DNA of 15,814 bases, taken from Bugula neritina (lineage: Eukaryota > Animalia > Bryozoa). The position numbers were made by a program, and so were the translations under genes. The stretch's first letter is position 1. Each line of letters starts with the position of its first letter. The stretch is from contig CAXIUT010000200.1 of NCBI GenBank assembly GCA_964035545.1, forward strand, positions 1-15,814, read 5' to 3'. Shown here in pieces: positions 1 to 11,182 of this stretch. The notes under the pieces were generated by a model. That model ran no database searches. It was not told the origin of the DNA and saw only the letters and a program-made list of their open reading frames with translations.

Positions 1-77
1 CCCAACCCCAACCCCAACCCCAACCCCAACCCCAACCCCAACCCCAACCCCAACCCCAACCCCAACCCCAACCCCAA
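1..77 (+). repeat. Left telomere, (CCCCAA)n
   Basis: Perfect C4A2 array at the window start; Tetrahymena-type ciliate telomere repeat. Confidence 0.97.
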
Positions 78-158
78 TAATCATCATTCAAAAAAATAAT
101 TATTCTATGAAAATTTATAATTTAAAACATAACTTGAAAATAATAAATAGAATAATAC

Positions 159-971
159 TCAGAATATGAAATCATCACACTAGATTGCTCCCCAAGGTGA
201 TATCATACTTTCTTGATTTTCTTTATCAACAAACTGTTTTCTTTTCCTCTGAATACCCCTCCATCTACAAGGCTTTTTATCTTCAATCAAATGAATATCT
301 TTCTTCTCAACTTTATTTTCACTTTCCTTATTAAAGTCCTTTTCTCTGAGAATCAATTACTTTAAATCCTATGTTAAAGTTTGAATATTAATGGCTTTAG
401 CTGGCATTACTAAAACCTCCTGACAACCACTTTCTCTTCTTATAATATCTTCATTTAGTTTTTATTTCTTTAGTTAAAAAGGTATCAAACTATGACTTCG
501 ACGTTTATATCGTTTTTGAGGTATATTAGAATGAAAAAGGTTAGATTGTGGAGTTAAACTATTTACCTCAATGATGCTCTTTTAATGCTATTTTTCTTTT
601 CTTCCAGTATTTATATAAAATTCTTTCAGTTTTGATTGTTTTATCATTGTACTTTTAGCTCTTAATACGTTTTAAAATTTATTCGGTATCGCTATTGTAT
701 GATCTGTTTTTATATTCTTTTTGTTTTTATTCTCTGTTATTCTTCTATGTTTAGCGAAAAATGGTTTTGAAATGTTTTTTCTATAGTCTTACTCAAAAGC
801 TTGAGGTAACTTTTATGGTCTAAGTAAACAATTAGAAATAGTTTTTGTAATTGCAGAAGTTACATATTGTGAATGACTTCTTTGTCGCGTAGCTGCAGAT
901 TGAGGTTTATAATTACCTTCTTCTCTCCGATTTTGAAATAGATGGACAGGATCAATAGTGGAATAGCTCAT
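159..971 (-). CDS. Hypothetical K/E-rich protein, 270 aa (MSYSTIDPVHLFQNRREEGNYKPQ...SPWGAIECDDFIF)
   Basis: 813-nt ATG-to-TGA frame with no internal TGA when TAA/TAG are read as sense. No recognisable domain. Confidence 0.75.
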
Positions 972-982
972 GTAAAAACGGT

Positions 983-998
983 ATTATCGATCGATAAT
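983..998. promoter_or_regulatory. Perfect 16-bp palindrome ATTATCGATCGATAAT in a 45-bp divergent intergenic region
   Basis: Lies between the ATG at 971 (-) and the ATG at 1017 (+). The palindrome is directly visible; a regulatory role is inferred. Confidence 0.35.
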
Positions 999-1016
999 TT
1001 ATAATTAAATTTTGAT

Positions 1017-1592
1017 ATGTCAGTATAGATACGCCTAGTGTCAGCTCAGATGATAAAGAACACTGAGACCTTCTCTAAGATTGTATAAATGATTCTCAAC
1101 TTAGGATCCCTATGTTATATTCAGACTTGGTGATGAAGAGAAGGCCTCAAAGGTAAAAGATGAAGGAGGGCAAAAAGTTAACTTTAATGAAAAATTCACT
1201 TTCAAAGACAACAGTAATAAACTTAAAGTTACTGTTATGGACTAAGACACTTTTGTCGATGATAAACTTGGAGAAGGATAAATGGATATTACTCAGTACA
1301 GAATGCAAGGTATGGATCAGGACGGTAAATCTTATTTTATATAGTTGTCGTTATGTTATTCTTAAATGGACAGCCTTCAGGCAAAGTAATGCTAAAGGTC
1401 AGAGGATCTGGAGGAAATCAATTCGGAGGACAGAACCAATATGGAGGACAAGGTCAACAATGGGGACAACAAGGTCAACAACAATGGGGTCAAGGTCAAA
1501 ACAATAACTCTGGTAATGTGAATCCTCTATGGAATGCTTCTTAAACTCTTGCTCAACAAGGACAAAACAACCCACCTCCTGGATGGAATTGA
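1017..1592 (+). CDS. C2-domain protein with Gly/Gln/Trp-rich low-complexity tail, 177 aa; introns 1083-1104 (22 nt) and 1325-1344 (20 nt)
   Basis: Spliced product has C2 motifs (ETFSKIDPYVIF, KVNFNEKFTF, LKVTVMDEDTFVDDKLGEG) followed by GQQWGQQG repeats. Both GT-AG introns restore the frame. Confidence 0.9.
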
Positions 1593-1646
1593 TAAAATAC
1601 ATCTCAATCATAGTTTATTATCAAAATTATATTAGTAATAACGACA

Positions 1647-2516
1647 ATGCGGCAATAACCAATAGAAATTAAAGAAGAACTATCAAAATTTATTAACCTC
1701 TTGCAAAACGATTATGCCTCTCATACTAATAGTTAATCTTCCAAGTTTGTACTCCAATAACTAAATACTCCTAAATAGCTTAGTATTATTTATAGTGCGA
1801 GTTAGCCATAATCATCGAATCTTGATAAGTAAAATTCAAATCCTTCGACAAATAGAATTTTTTAAAGTAAATAAATAAAAAATACTTTTCCTAAGTAAAT
1901 CATCAGTGTTCTTATGTAAACTAAACTTGATTCAAATCAAGTAAGGTTAGTTTAAAAACTAAAAGATGCTATTGACTAGCTGAGACTTGATAACTTGAAA
2001 ATATTCAATTAGCTAGAATAAACCAAATGTTCACTTGCTTCTTAAAAGAAAGCTAATGACTAGATACTTAATGTTCTTGTTAAATTAGATTAACAAGAAA
2101 AATAATTAGAACAAAACTATAATTTCTTATCAGAAAAACATAAAAAAATTACTGAAAACTATATCTAACTTTAAAAATAATTATCAAAAACTAATAATAA
2201 TCTAGTATCTCTACAAAATGATAACAATTTCATGAAAAAACTTATATACTATGCAAATGATAACTATTAAGCTTTATAAAAAAAGTGTAATAAGCTGGAA
2301 TATTCAAAAGAAAAGAGTTAAGTAACAACTGAACAAAGAAGTTTTAAAAAATCATCAACTGATAATTTACTAAAAAGTAATAGAACCAAAAAGAATGGGT
2401 ATTCTCCAAGTCGTAGTGAATTAGTAAGAACTCCAAGTCCTAAAAATTTTTAATAAATATATCATAAAATGATTATTAGAACTCTTAAATTCAAAGGTAG
2501 AAGCTAACATAGATGA
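1647..2516 (+). CDS. Hypothetical coiled-coil protein, 289 aa
   Basis: 870-nt ATG-to-TGA open frame with an L/K/E/N-rich heptad-like centre. Confidence 0.75.
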
Positions 2517-2586
2517 TAATTTATAGAATCTTTTTATTTTATAATTTATTCTCATAAAAGTAAAACAAGAATATATTTTTATGAAA

Positions 2587-3488
2587 TCACTTAAAAAATT
2601 GCATCCAAAATTCATCTTTTATACAATCCTAGTTAGAATTAATAAGTCTACGTCTTATTTTTTATGCTTTTGATGATTTCTTTGATTTTTATTAGACCTT
2701 TTTCTTAATATTCATATTTTCTTCTTTTATATTTTATTATTTCGAAACACTTTAGTTCTAAGTCAATATATTTTAATATATTTTTTCTTATTTTGAGATT
2801 TATTTCTTTTATTATAGAACATTTTATGTGACATAATAAAGAAGCGTTCCTCTTCTATAGATTTCTTAGAGAGTATTATAGTTAATTCCAAAATCTTGAA
2901 ATAGAATTTAATTTTTTTGTCCAGAATTCGTATCTTTTAATATTTTTTAAACCTATTGATTACTTTTTCCTGATCTTACCATTTCCCAAAATACTGTATT
3001 ATAAAGGTTATTGATATGGCAATCAACTTGCCTCCATTTAAAATAATCTTTTAAACACTGCTAATTAGGATATACAACAACTCTACTATCAAAAGTTGGA
3101 ATATCTTTAAGTTCTATTTCAAAATATTTATTCCAATTAAAAACATAAGCTGATGTAAAAGCAGATACCACACAACTCAATATCTTATCTGTTCTTCTTG
3201 AAAAAAGAGTCGTATTTTTGTTAAAAACAAAAGAATATTCATCTGATTGACCATAAGCAAGGAATATTTAATTAAAATTTGTACAAACATACTCAGCAGC
3301 TGCATTCATTAGCTTGATCGCTCTTAGATCATTAGGTTTTTTAAATTCATGAAGCTGACAAAATTTTGTAAAACCTCTACCCTATATAAAACAAAATATA
3401 CATCGACTCTCACCACGATATAGGTTTGAAGAAGAGCACTTTGTTTTTATTCAAACTTTTTGACATACTCGAATTTAGAACAAGCCAT
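2587..3488 (-). CDS. THG1: tRNA(His) guanylyltransferase, 293 aa; one 20-nt intron 3382-3401
   Basis: Motifs [78 protein letters not shown]. The intron splits VD|GRGF. Confidence 0.96.
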
Positions 3489-3535
3489 ATAAAAGAAATT
3501 AATATTTATAATTTGATTTGTCTAGATCATTTCTA

Positions 3536-4594
3536 TCATTTCTAGGTGACCGTATGAGCTTGCAAATCATGGATAATATATTCATCTGATGTCAAATCAG
3601 GGTATTTTAGATCAGCTTATGGTGATCGAAAAGGTTATAAAGGACGAATACTCATATTACCTTGTACATGACAGAATAAAGTTGAAGTGACTCTCCATGT
3701 CGATTTCTTTTCCTTAAGACTCTTTTACACTTGAGACTCAACAATATCATTGTAGATTACTTCATGAAAACCAGCTTTCAAATGTCCTTCAGTCATCCAT
3801 TAAACCTGCTTACCAGTTTGAACCAAAAGATGATTTTCAGGAAGTTTCACCACAAATTTTTACCCTGTATGAAGCCAAGCATAAAGACCTGAAAAACGAC
3901 ACTTTCCATGGACTGTAAACAATGTAAAATCTCTATGAAAAGCTGTGATAACGTCTCCTTTATTTATTTTATTTAGATCAACTGCAGGAGGAGATAGATA
4001 AAGTTGACCATTTTATATGGTCCTTGAAAAAGCATTTAAGTCAAGTCCTAGTCCTATGGCTGTCATTTATGAGACAGTTAGTCCCGTTTTAAATAACTGA
4101 TTTCCCCAATCTTCCATAACATTGCCAAATTAAGGGTATTCTTTAGGTTTTAAGTTTTTTTGAGAGTTTAATATCCAATGATATCTCCAAGTAGGATCTG
4201 GAATAGGCATCTCTGGTGTTAGAGCAGTATGTGGTTACTTAAGTATTTTTTTATCCTCTTTATAAGGCAGAATTAGTTAATGATATTTAAACTTTAATCC
4301 AACTGGCATTTCATCAGGACTCCCACCCACATCAATATCTTTAATTCCTTTATCATATTGATTACTTCTGAGATCAAAGTAACTTTGCATTTGATCCATA
4401 AAAAGTTAATTTTTACTATGATCAACTCTTGGATCATTAGCATAAGCTAAACCATATACACGAAATAGTTCTGCAGCTCTTTAACAATCTTTTTACCAAC
4501 CTTAAGCTTTATTTAAATAATTTGTTAGATCAAGAGTTGGAACAGATATGTTAGAAAAATGATTTATTCTTTTTAGTAATAGCCTAGAAAACAT
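3536..4594 (-). CDS. 2OG-Fe(II) dioxygenase (isopenicillin N synthase-like), paralog A, 352 aa
   Basis: Intronless frame. HxD (FHRDF), distal His (AGFHEV), WRVTST 2OG-binding region, DPTWRYHW. Basic presequence-like N-terminus MFSRLLLKRINHFS. Confidence 0.88.
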
Positions 4595-4655
4595 ATAAAC
4601 AATATTATGATTCATCATGAATAAATAATCTATTTATAATTTGACATTCGAATAA

Positions 4656-5729
4656 TCATTTTTGGTGCTTTAGGATTTGTTGCTTCCTCTTATAATCTTC
4701 ATTTAATTCCTAAAGAAGATACTAATCTGCTGTTTTTGACTGATATTTAGATTCTTAGCTAATTGAAGAAAATCGATTAAATGGTTTAAGTTTCATATCT
4801 CCCTGGACATAACAAAACAAAGCAGAAGCTACTCTCCAATTTGATCGACCCATCTTCAAATTTCTTTTTACTTGAGCCTCAACATTTTTGTCATGAACTA
4901 CCTCGTGAAATCCTGCCTTAAGATAACCTCCAGTTAATATCTACAGCTGCTTACCTGCTTGAATAAGTAAATGCTTATCAGGCCAACTAACCTAAACCTT
5001 TTCTCCTGTTAACAACCATGCACTCAGTCCAGAAAATCTACATGGTGCATACGCAGTAAGTATTCCAAAATCTCTATGAAATCCTGTAATAACATCATTA
5101 ACTTTGTTTTTTGTTAAGTCAACAGCAGGAGGAGAAAGATAGTTAGATCCATTTACAAATGTTTGAGCTATTTCATTTGGTTCGAGATCAAGTCCTATGG
5201 AAAGCATCTAACTAGCTGTAACAGTAGTTTTGAAGGCTTCTTCACCCCAGCTATCCATCACAGTAGCAAAATCAGGAAAATCATCAGGTTTAATGTTTCT
5301 ATCAGAATGTAAGAGCCAGTGATATCTCCAAGTTGGATCTATCTTAGGCATCATAGGAGTAACAGATAAATTAGAACCTGATAGTGAACTTTTTTCTTCT
5401 TGATAGGCATCTCTAACTTAACTAAAACTCTATTTAAGTCCAACTTTTATATTGTCAATGCAAACATCTAAGTCTTTTTATCCATCTTCATATTGTCTAC
5501 TTCTCAAGGCAAAGTAACACTACATTTGATCTAAAAACCTTTAATTCTTCGAGAAATCTACCCTGGGATCAAATACATTAACAAAGCCAAATCTATGAAA
5601 ATGCTAAGCTATCTTATCACAATCTTCTTACCACCCAGGCAGTTTAGCAAGATATCGAGTCATATCCAGAGAAGTATTGTGACTAGAACTAAAAGTTCTC
5701 ACCATGTTTTTTAAAAGTTTTGATAGCAT
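4656..5729 (-). CDS. 2OG-Fe(II) dioxygenase, paralog B, 357 aa
   Basis: FHRDF, AGFHEV, WRVASA; colinear with paralogs A and C. N-terminus MLSKLLKNMVRTFSSS. Confidence 0.88.
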
Positions 5730-5800
5730 CTTATAATTATTTATACAGATATTGAATCATATCGTATTAGTACTTGTAATATTTTATTAAATTTATATGA

Positions 5801-6844
5801 TCATTTTTTCACTGTTTCTTCAAGTTCTTTTTTATATAGATCTATACTAAGTATTTCTGGATATAGTTCAGCAGTTTAAGGATTATAGAATTTTTAATGA
5901 GGCTTGAGAATCACTTTATGATCAACTTCACAAAACATAGTAGAAGAAACTCTCCAAAAGTTACTATCTTTGTTTAAAGATTTTTTCTTTTACTTTAGCT
6001 CTTCAACCTATTTCGAATAAACAACTTCATGAAATCCTGCCTTAATATATCCTCCTGTCATCCACTATAATGTTTTACCTGCTTGAACTAAAAGGTGTCC
6101 TTCTGGAATTCTTACTGTAAATTTCTATCCTGAACTAACCCAAGCAACTAAAGCTGGATATCTGGATCTTCCGTGTATTGTCATCATGCAAAAGTCTCGA
6201 TGAAAAGCAGAAAGAATATCTCCTTTTTTTTATTTTTAAAGGTCAACTCCATTAGGAGAAAGAATACATTCTCCAAGAATACTTGAAAGGTAATAAGGTT
6301 ACAATCCCATTCCACGAGCTACCATTTAACTAATTGTCGCACATCCACTTTTCATACAGGTTCCCCATTCATTCATTGTATTTTATATTTCAGGAAAATC
6401 TTATGGAATAATGTTCTAAGAAAATCCCATTTTCCATTGAAATCGCCACTTAGGGTCTCTTGAAGGTATTATTGGTGTTTGAGATTGATGAGGATATACT
6501 AATTTTTACTTTTATTATTTATAAGATAAAAAGTTCTCATGATACTTGTGTAAAATTCCAACCTGAATTTCCCTTTAAGGATAATAATCCACAGTTTTAT
6601 TTCCTTATTAAAATTGCTAACTTCTTTTTTTAAAATAGTTTTCCATCAAATTAAGAAAACGATCACCTTGTTAAACTTTAACTCTTGGATCTTTAATGAT
6701 CACTAACCCATAATCTCTAAAACTTTTTGCAACTGATTAACAATCTTGTTCCCAATTACCTTTTTTAGTTAAAAAATTTGTTATATCGAGATGTGGGACT
6801 TTTATTTGGTTGAAATGATTCTTCAAAAGTTTCGATAAAAGCAT
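5801..6844 (-). CDS. 2OG-Fe(II) dioxygenase, paralog C, 347 aa
   Basis: DPKWRFQW, FHRDF, TIHGRSRYP, AGFHEV, WRVSST. Confidence 0.88.
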
Positions 6845-6899
6845 TTCCTGAATATATTTGAATTAATAATAAATATGACTAAATGTATTAATAAAGTAA

Positions 6900-7865
6900 T
6901 CAATCATCTAGGGGTATAGGGGTTGGGGTTGGGGTTGGGGTTGGGGTTGGGGTTGGGGTTGGGGTTGGGGTTGGGGTTGGGGTTGGGGTTGGGGATTTCT
7001 TCTAAGTATCATTTTCTATCTTTTAAATATTTTTGTAATCTTCTTCAAAATTAAACCCTTTTTCTTTCATCCACTGCTTCATTCCCGTTCTTTTAGGAAA
7101 TACTTTCTTTTCAAATTTATACTATTTCATTTAAATCTACTTTAAAGGTATTTCCTATTTTTTACTTTCTTCCTCTTCTTTCTTTTAAACAAATTTTATC
7201 TTCTTCTTTTATTGCTCCTCATGTCTGATTTATTCTTATGTAATCGGATTCAGCAATGAATCATCAATTTTTTATACTTGAAAATATAGAGGTCTTTCAA
7301 TTATTTGTTTTCCTTCTAGTTGAATTAAATCTTCTGCACTTTAAGGATTTGAAATAATGAAATATCCAGTTCCTTCATGTTTTTCATCATCATCTTCTCG
7401 TATGAAGTTAATTATATGCTTTACTTTTTAGTGATATTTATTAATTATTTCCTTTTTAGTACTATGATGACCTAAATTTTAAATATAAATTCTAACAAAA
7501 GAGGTCTTAGGATATTCAGCTAAATAAGATAAATTCTAGGCAATAGCTGCGACTATTTATTCTTCATTTTCTTCTTATTAAACATCATCATCTGAATAAT
7601 TACCTGGTCTTCCAAATTATTTCTCATATTAATCAAGTTCAGAACTAACTGAAGAAGAACGATCACTTTAGTGGGAATAAGACTCACTTGATGACGGGGG
7701 ATCGTCAGCTGAACCATTTTAATTATAGTAATTTCCATATTCATCATACCAACCTCCATAGCGGTCCAGATAGAATATAAAATTTGTATCTTTTATCGTA
7801 AATGATTGACCATCTGGTAAAGTGTTAAACTAATGAAATCTCTAAGGCTGATGTCCGGGGTTCAT
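6900..7865 (-). CDS. RRM-like protein with aromatic N-terminal motif (LDRYGGWYDEYGNYYNENG) and acidic linker; the 3' end runs into the telomeric tract (true end uncertain, possibly truncated at 6995)
   Basis: Open frame from ATG 7865 with RNP2-like RIYIENL and RNP1-like EGTGYFII. There is no TGA before the tract; the first TGA is at 6900-6902. Confidence 0.7.
6911..6994 (+). repeat. Internal (GGGGTT)n telomeric tract 1 (perfect 6919-6994, preceded by one degenerate unit GGGGTATA)
   Basis: Directly visible; same orientation as the right terminal telomere. Confidence 0.95.
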
Positions 7866-8022
7866 TTTTTAAAAGTAATTTAAATATATAATTAAGCTAA
7901 GCTTCAAAGAAGTAGTAGTTTATTCTAGGGTATTTTATTTTTGGATTTTTATTTTTATTTGAATGTATGGAGTTTGAAAGTTTGATCTAAGAGAGTCGGT
8001 TTTTGAATTTTTATATATTAAT

Positions 8023-10593
8023 ATGAAGTTTATATTAAAAGGAAAGGAGTTCATCTCAAAGAAGTTATAATAACTAGATATAGCAACAGATAATCTAGAT
8101 TTAATAAACTAGCAAATACCTGGCAGACTAAAATAGCCATTAAAGATCCTCCAAAACAATCAAATAGATCTAGATTCAAATTAATCATATTAAACTTACT
8201 TCAAAAACTATCCAAACCATCATATCTCACACTACTTATTATAAAAGTTTCAACTAGCGGTCTAAACTAACACAATAGCTCCTTAATATACATTACCAAC
8301 ATAAGACAAATAAATATTCATTCCTAATTCCAATAAAGAACTCTAAACAAAATCACTTCTCCTAAAATAAGTAGTAGATTAGTACGACGAAGGATACTAT
8401 AAAATAGATTAAGCCATCATTTGTCTAGCAGTCATACATTTCCATCATAAAAGAGGCACAGAAGTATAATATCGATATCCACAAACTAAAACAGTATAAG
8501 ATTTGTAAAATTTAATTGTACATCATGCTATGCCGGATTCATCTCATAACAAAATGGAAGATTATAATTTTTTTAACTTCTAAGCTGTAGTCAAAGGAAA
8601 GAAAAGAATGCTTTTCGGAGTATCATACTTCAAACAAATCAAAGTCACCGAATAAATGAAAGCGAATAATAGCTAAATCACCAGATCATACATGCAAAAA
8701 GCTTTAGCTGTCGTCAGTACCTTACCATTGTTCGGCTATCTTAAACTAAGATTATCAAGCACCATTAAAGTATTCTTTTCAGATTTCAATAATTATGAAC
8801 TCATCAACGCAGCCTTTAAGGATCTAAATAAAAATGTTAGCTAGTCTTGGCCAAAATTAGAAATGAATCAACTTTACATAGGCAGTGATCTTAAAGTCAT
8901 CATCAAGTTATTTGGAGTTCAATAATTCTACTAAATTTATAAAGCGATATTATATCAAAAAAGAGTTGTCATTTTTGCTCATTCAAGCTCATCAGCAAGT
9001 TCTTTCATTATTTCTCTTCTGACTTTGTTTCCAGGATTAAGTGCTTTTGGACTCTACTCTAAACCTATCAGTAAATACATGCAGTCTTTAAGATAGTATG
9101 CTTTGCCATTAAGAACCTTTAATAGTGATAACTTTATGGCCATGTCATTTCATATTCAAGATTTTCATTTACTTAGCAGATTTCAAAAGAGTAATAAAGG
9201 AAGTTTTTTACTAGGAACAACGAATCGTTTACTTAAAGAAGCTAATGATTATGGAATTTAGATGTTAATCAACCTCTAAAATTGCACTATCTAGAAAAGA
9301 AAACCAAGGAATCCTTGGTAGCCTTTATCAAAAATTTAAAAAGCTTTTATTTATCAGATAGATCAAATAATAAAAACATAAAAGAGTTTAGGATATTAAG
9401 GAAGTGAAGATATGATTAGAAATAAATTTCATAATTTTCTTAAATTGCAGCTAGTAGGAATAATAAAAGCAGGAACAAAATTAAAATAATGGGTTAGTAA
9501 GTGTAAAGAATATGAGCATAATAATAAAAATAAATCAAAAAATAAAGATAAGAATCAATAAAAGGCAAGATAGTATGAATTAATGAATGAATAAGGTTAA
9601 GAATAGGCACCTAAAAAAAATTAAGATTTTCCACCTCTTATCCCAAATGAAGTGTCTAATATTCCTTTTCCAGGTTTGTTATTAACTAAATCTTTTCCAT
9701 ATTTTCTTCAATTTCATAATGAAAAGATCCCTGATATCATTGATAACAAGATATTTCCCAGTCTAATGATCTAAAATTATTAATACTGTCTCAAATTGAA
9801 TGAATCCTAGTTCATTCGCTACAACTGGTATTAGAATAAACTTCTATTCGGAAAAGGCTAGCCTTCAGATTTCTAAGGCAAATAAATTAAATTTTATCCA
9901 GATAACAAATAAGAATTAAATGCTAAATATATCTATATTGGACATAACTTGAACAACAAGTTTTCTAAAAATGGTTTTTATTTAGATAAAAACGAACTCT
10001 ATGAAGGATAATACTAAAGTGGTATCAAATAAGGATATGGTAAACTAACTAACTCTATTCATAAATATATAGGATATTTTAAAAATGATTTATATGATGG
10101 AGAGGGGCAACTAATTACAGGACAAGATATCTATGTTGGATAATTCAAATAAGGCATGAAAAATGGGAATGGTAAAAATCAAGGAGAACTTGATTATGAT
10201 GGTTAATGGGCCAATAATAGACCAGAAGGAAGTGGAATCATGAAAATAAAAGGAGAATAATTTATGGGAATATTCAAAAAAGGAACAATAGATTAATAAA
10301 AATAGTATACTATCAAATATTAAAACGGATCACTTTATAAAGGTAAAATTAAAAATTTAAAACCAGAAGGAAAAGGCTATATTATAAATAAAGAAGGAAC
10401 TAAAAAAGTTTAGTATAAAGAGGGAGAAATAGTATATTAGGTTTTAGAAAATTAATATCCATAGAAAAATTAAAATAATTAAGTAAAAAATCAAGAGGTT
10501 GAATCGTAAAAAGCAGAGAAAAAAGAGGACGATATGATTGAAAAGAAATAATAAAAGAATTAACCATAATAGAAAGTATAATAGTAATCTTGA
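8023..10593 (+). CDS. AVL9-family (DENN-like) trafficking protein with C-terminal MORN repeats, 856 aa
   Basis: Intronless frame. AVL9 motifs FHHKRGTEVEYRYP, AMPDSSHN, LFGVSYFKQI, TRSYMQKAL, GTTNRL, YEGSEDMIR. MORN repeats at about 9930-10430 (YEGEYESGIKEGYG, YVGEFKEGMKNGNG, YDGEWANNRPEGSG). Confidence 0.88.
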
Positions 10594-10652
10594 TTAGCCA
10601 TATAAACTTATTTAACTTTATTTTAATTTATATTTAAGAGACATTTAACTTA

Positions 10653-10709
10653 GGGGTTGGGGTTGGGGTTGGGGTTGGGGTTGGGGTTGGGGTTGGGGTT
10701 GGGGTTGGG
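10653..10709 (+). repeat. Internal (GGGGTT)n telomeric tract 2
   Basis: 57-bp perfect array beginning 59 bp after the AVL9 stop codon. Confidence 0.95.
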
Positions 10710-11117
10710 ATTCATAATTTAAAATTTGACTTCAAATCAATATGCTCTTGATCCAAAAAACATAAAACTTGAACACCACAAAAATCTACAAAGTTGTCAA
10801 TCTTGATTAAGTTTTTTAAAGTACTTATCTCGTAGTAAAGAACTTATCCACATGTTTGTTGAACATTATAGTGAAGAAGATCAAATACCAGATAATATAA
10901 TAGGATTCAAATGAAAGAAGTGTGCTAATATTATGAACAAATATATGACTTAAAATATTTTGATAAATGTCCCATCCAATAAAATAAGCTAAATAAAAAT
11001 AAAGATGAATAATAAATGAAAACATATGGTAAAAACACTCTTATAGATATGATGATCAATCATTTCAATGGAAAATGCTCAAATCAACAAGAGATGGCTG
11101 CTTTTTTATCTAATTGA
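10710..11117 (+). pseudogene. Probable 3' fragment of a gene (…MKEVCEYYEQIYDLKYFDK…EMAAFLSN*), 5'-truncated or frame-disrupted
   Basis: Coding-like segments occur in different frames and end at a TGA near 11115. I could not build a clean single model. Confidence 0.3.
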
Positions 11118-11182
11118 TCATTTATTCCCTCATATTAAATATTTATCTTATTCATAAAGATTATTCTAAATAAAAAATAAAA

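Noticed and set aside
10895-10915. Euplotes-like programmed frameshift at AAA-TGA
   Set aside because: It is a single instance in a truncated, poorly modelled fragment; a sequence error or pseudogene is simpler.
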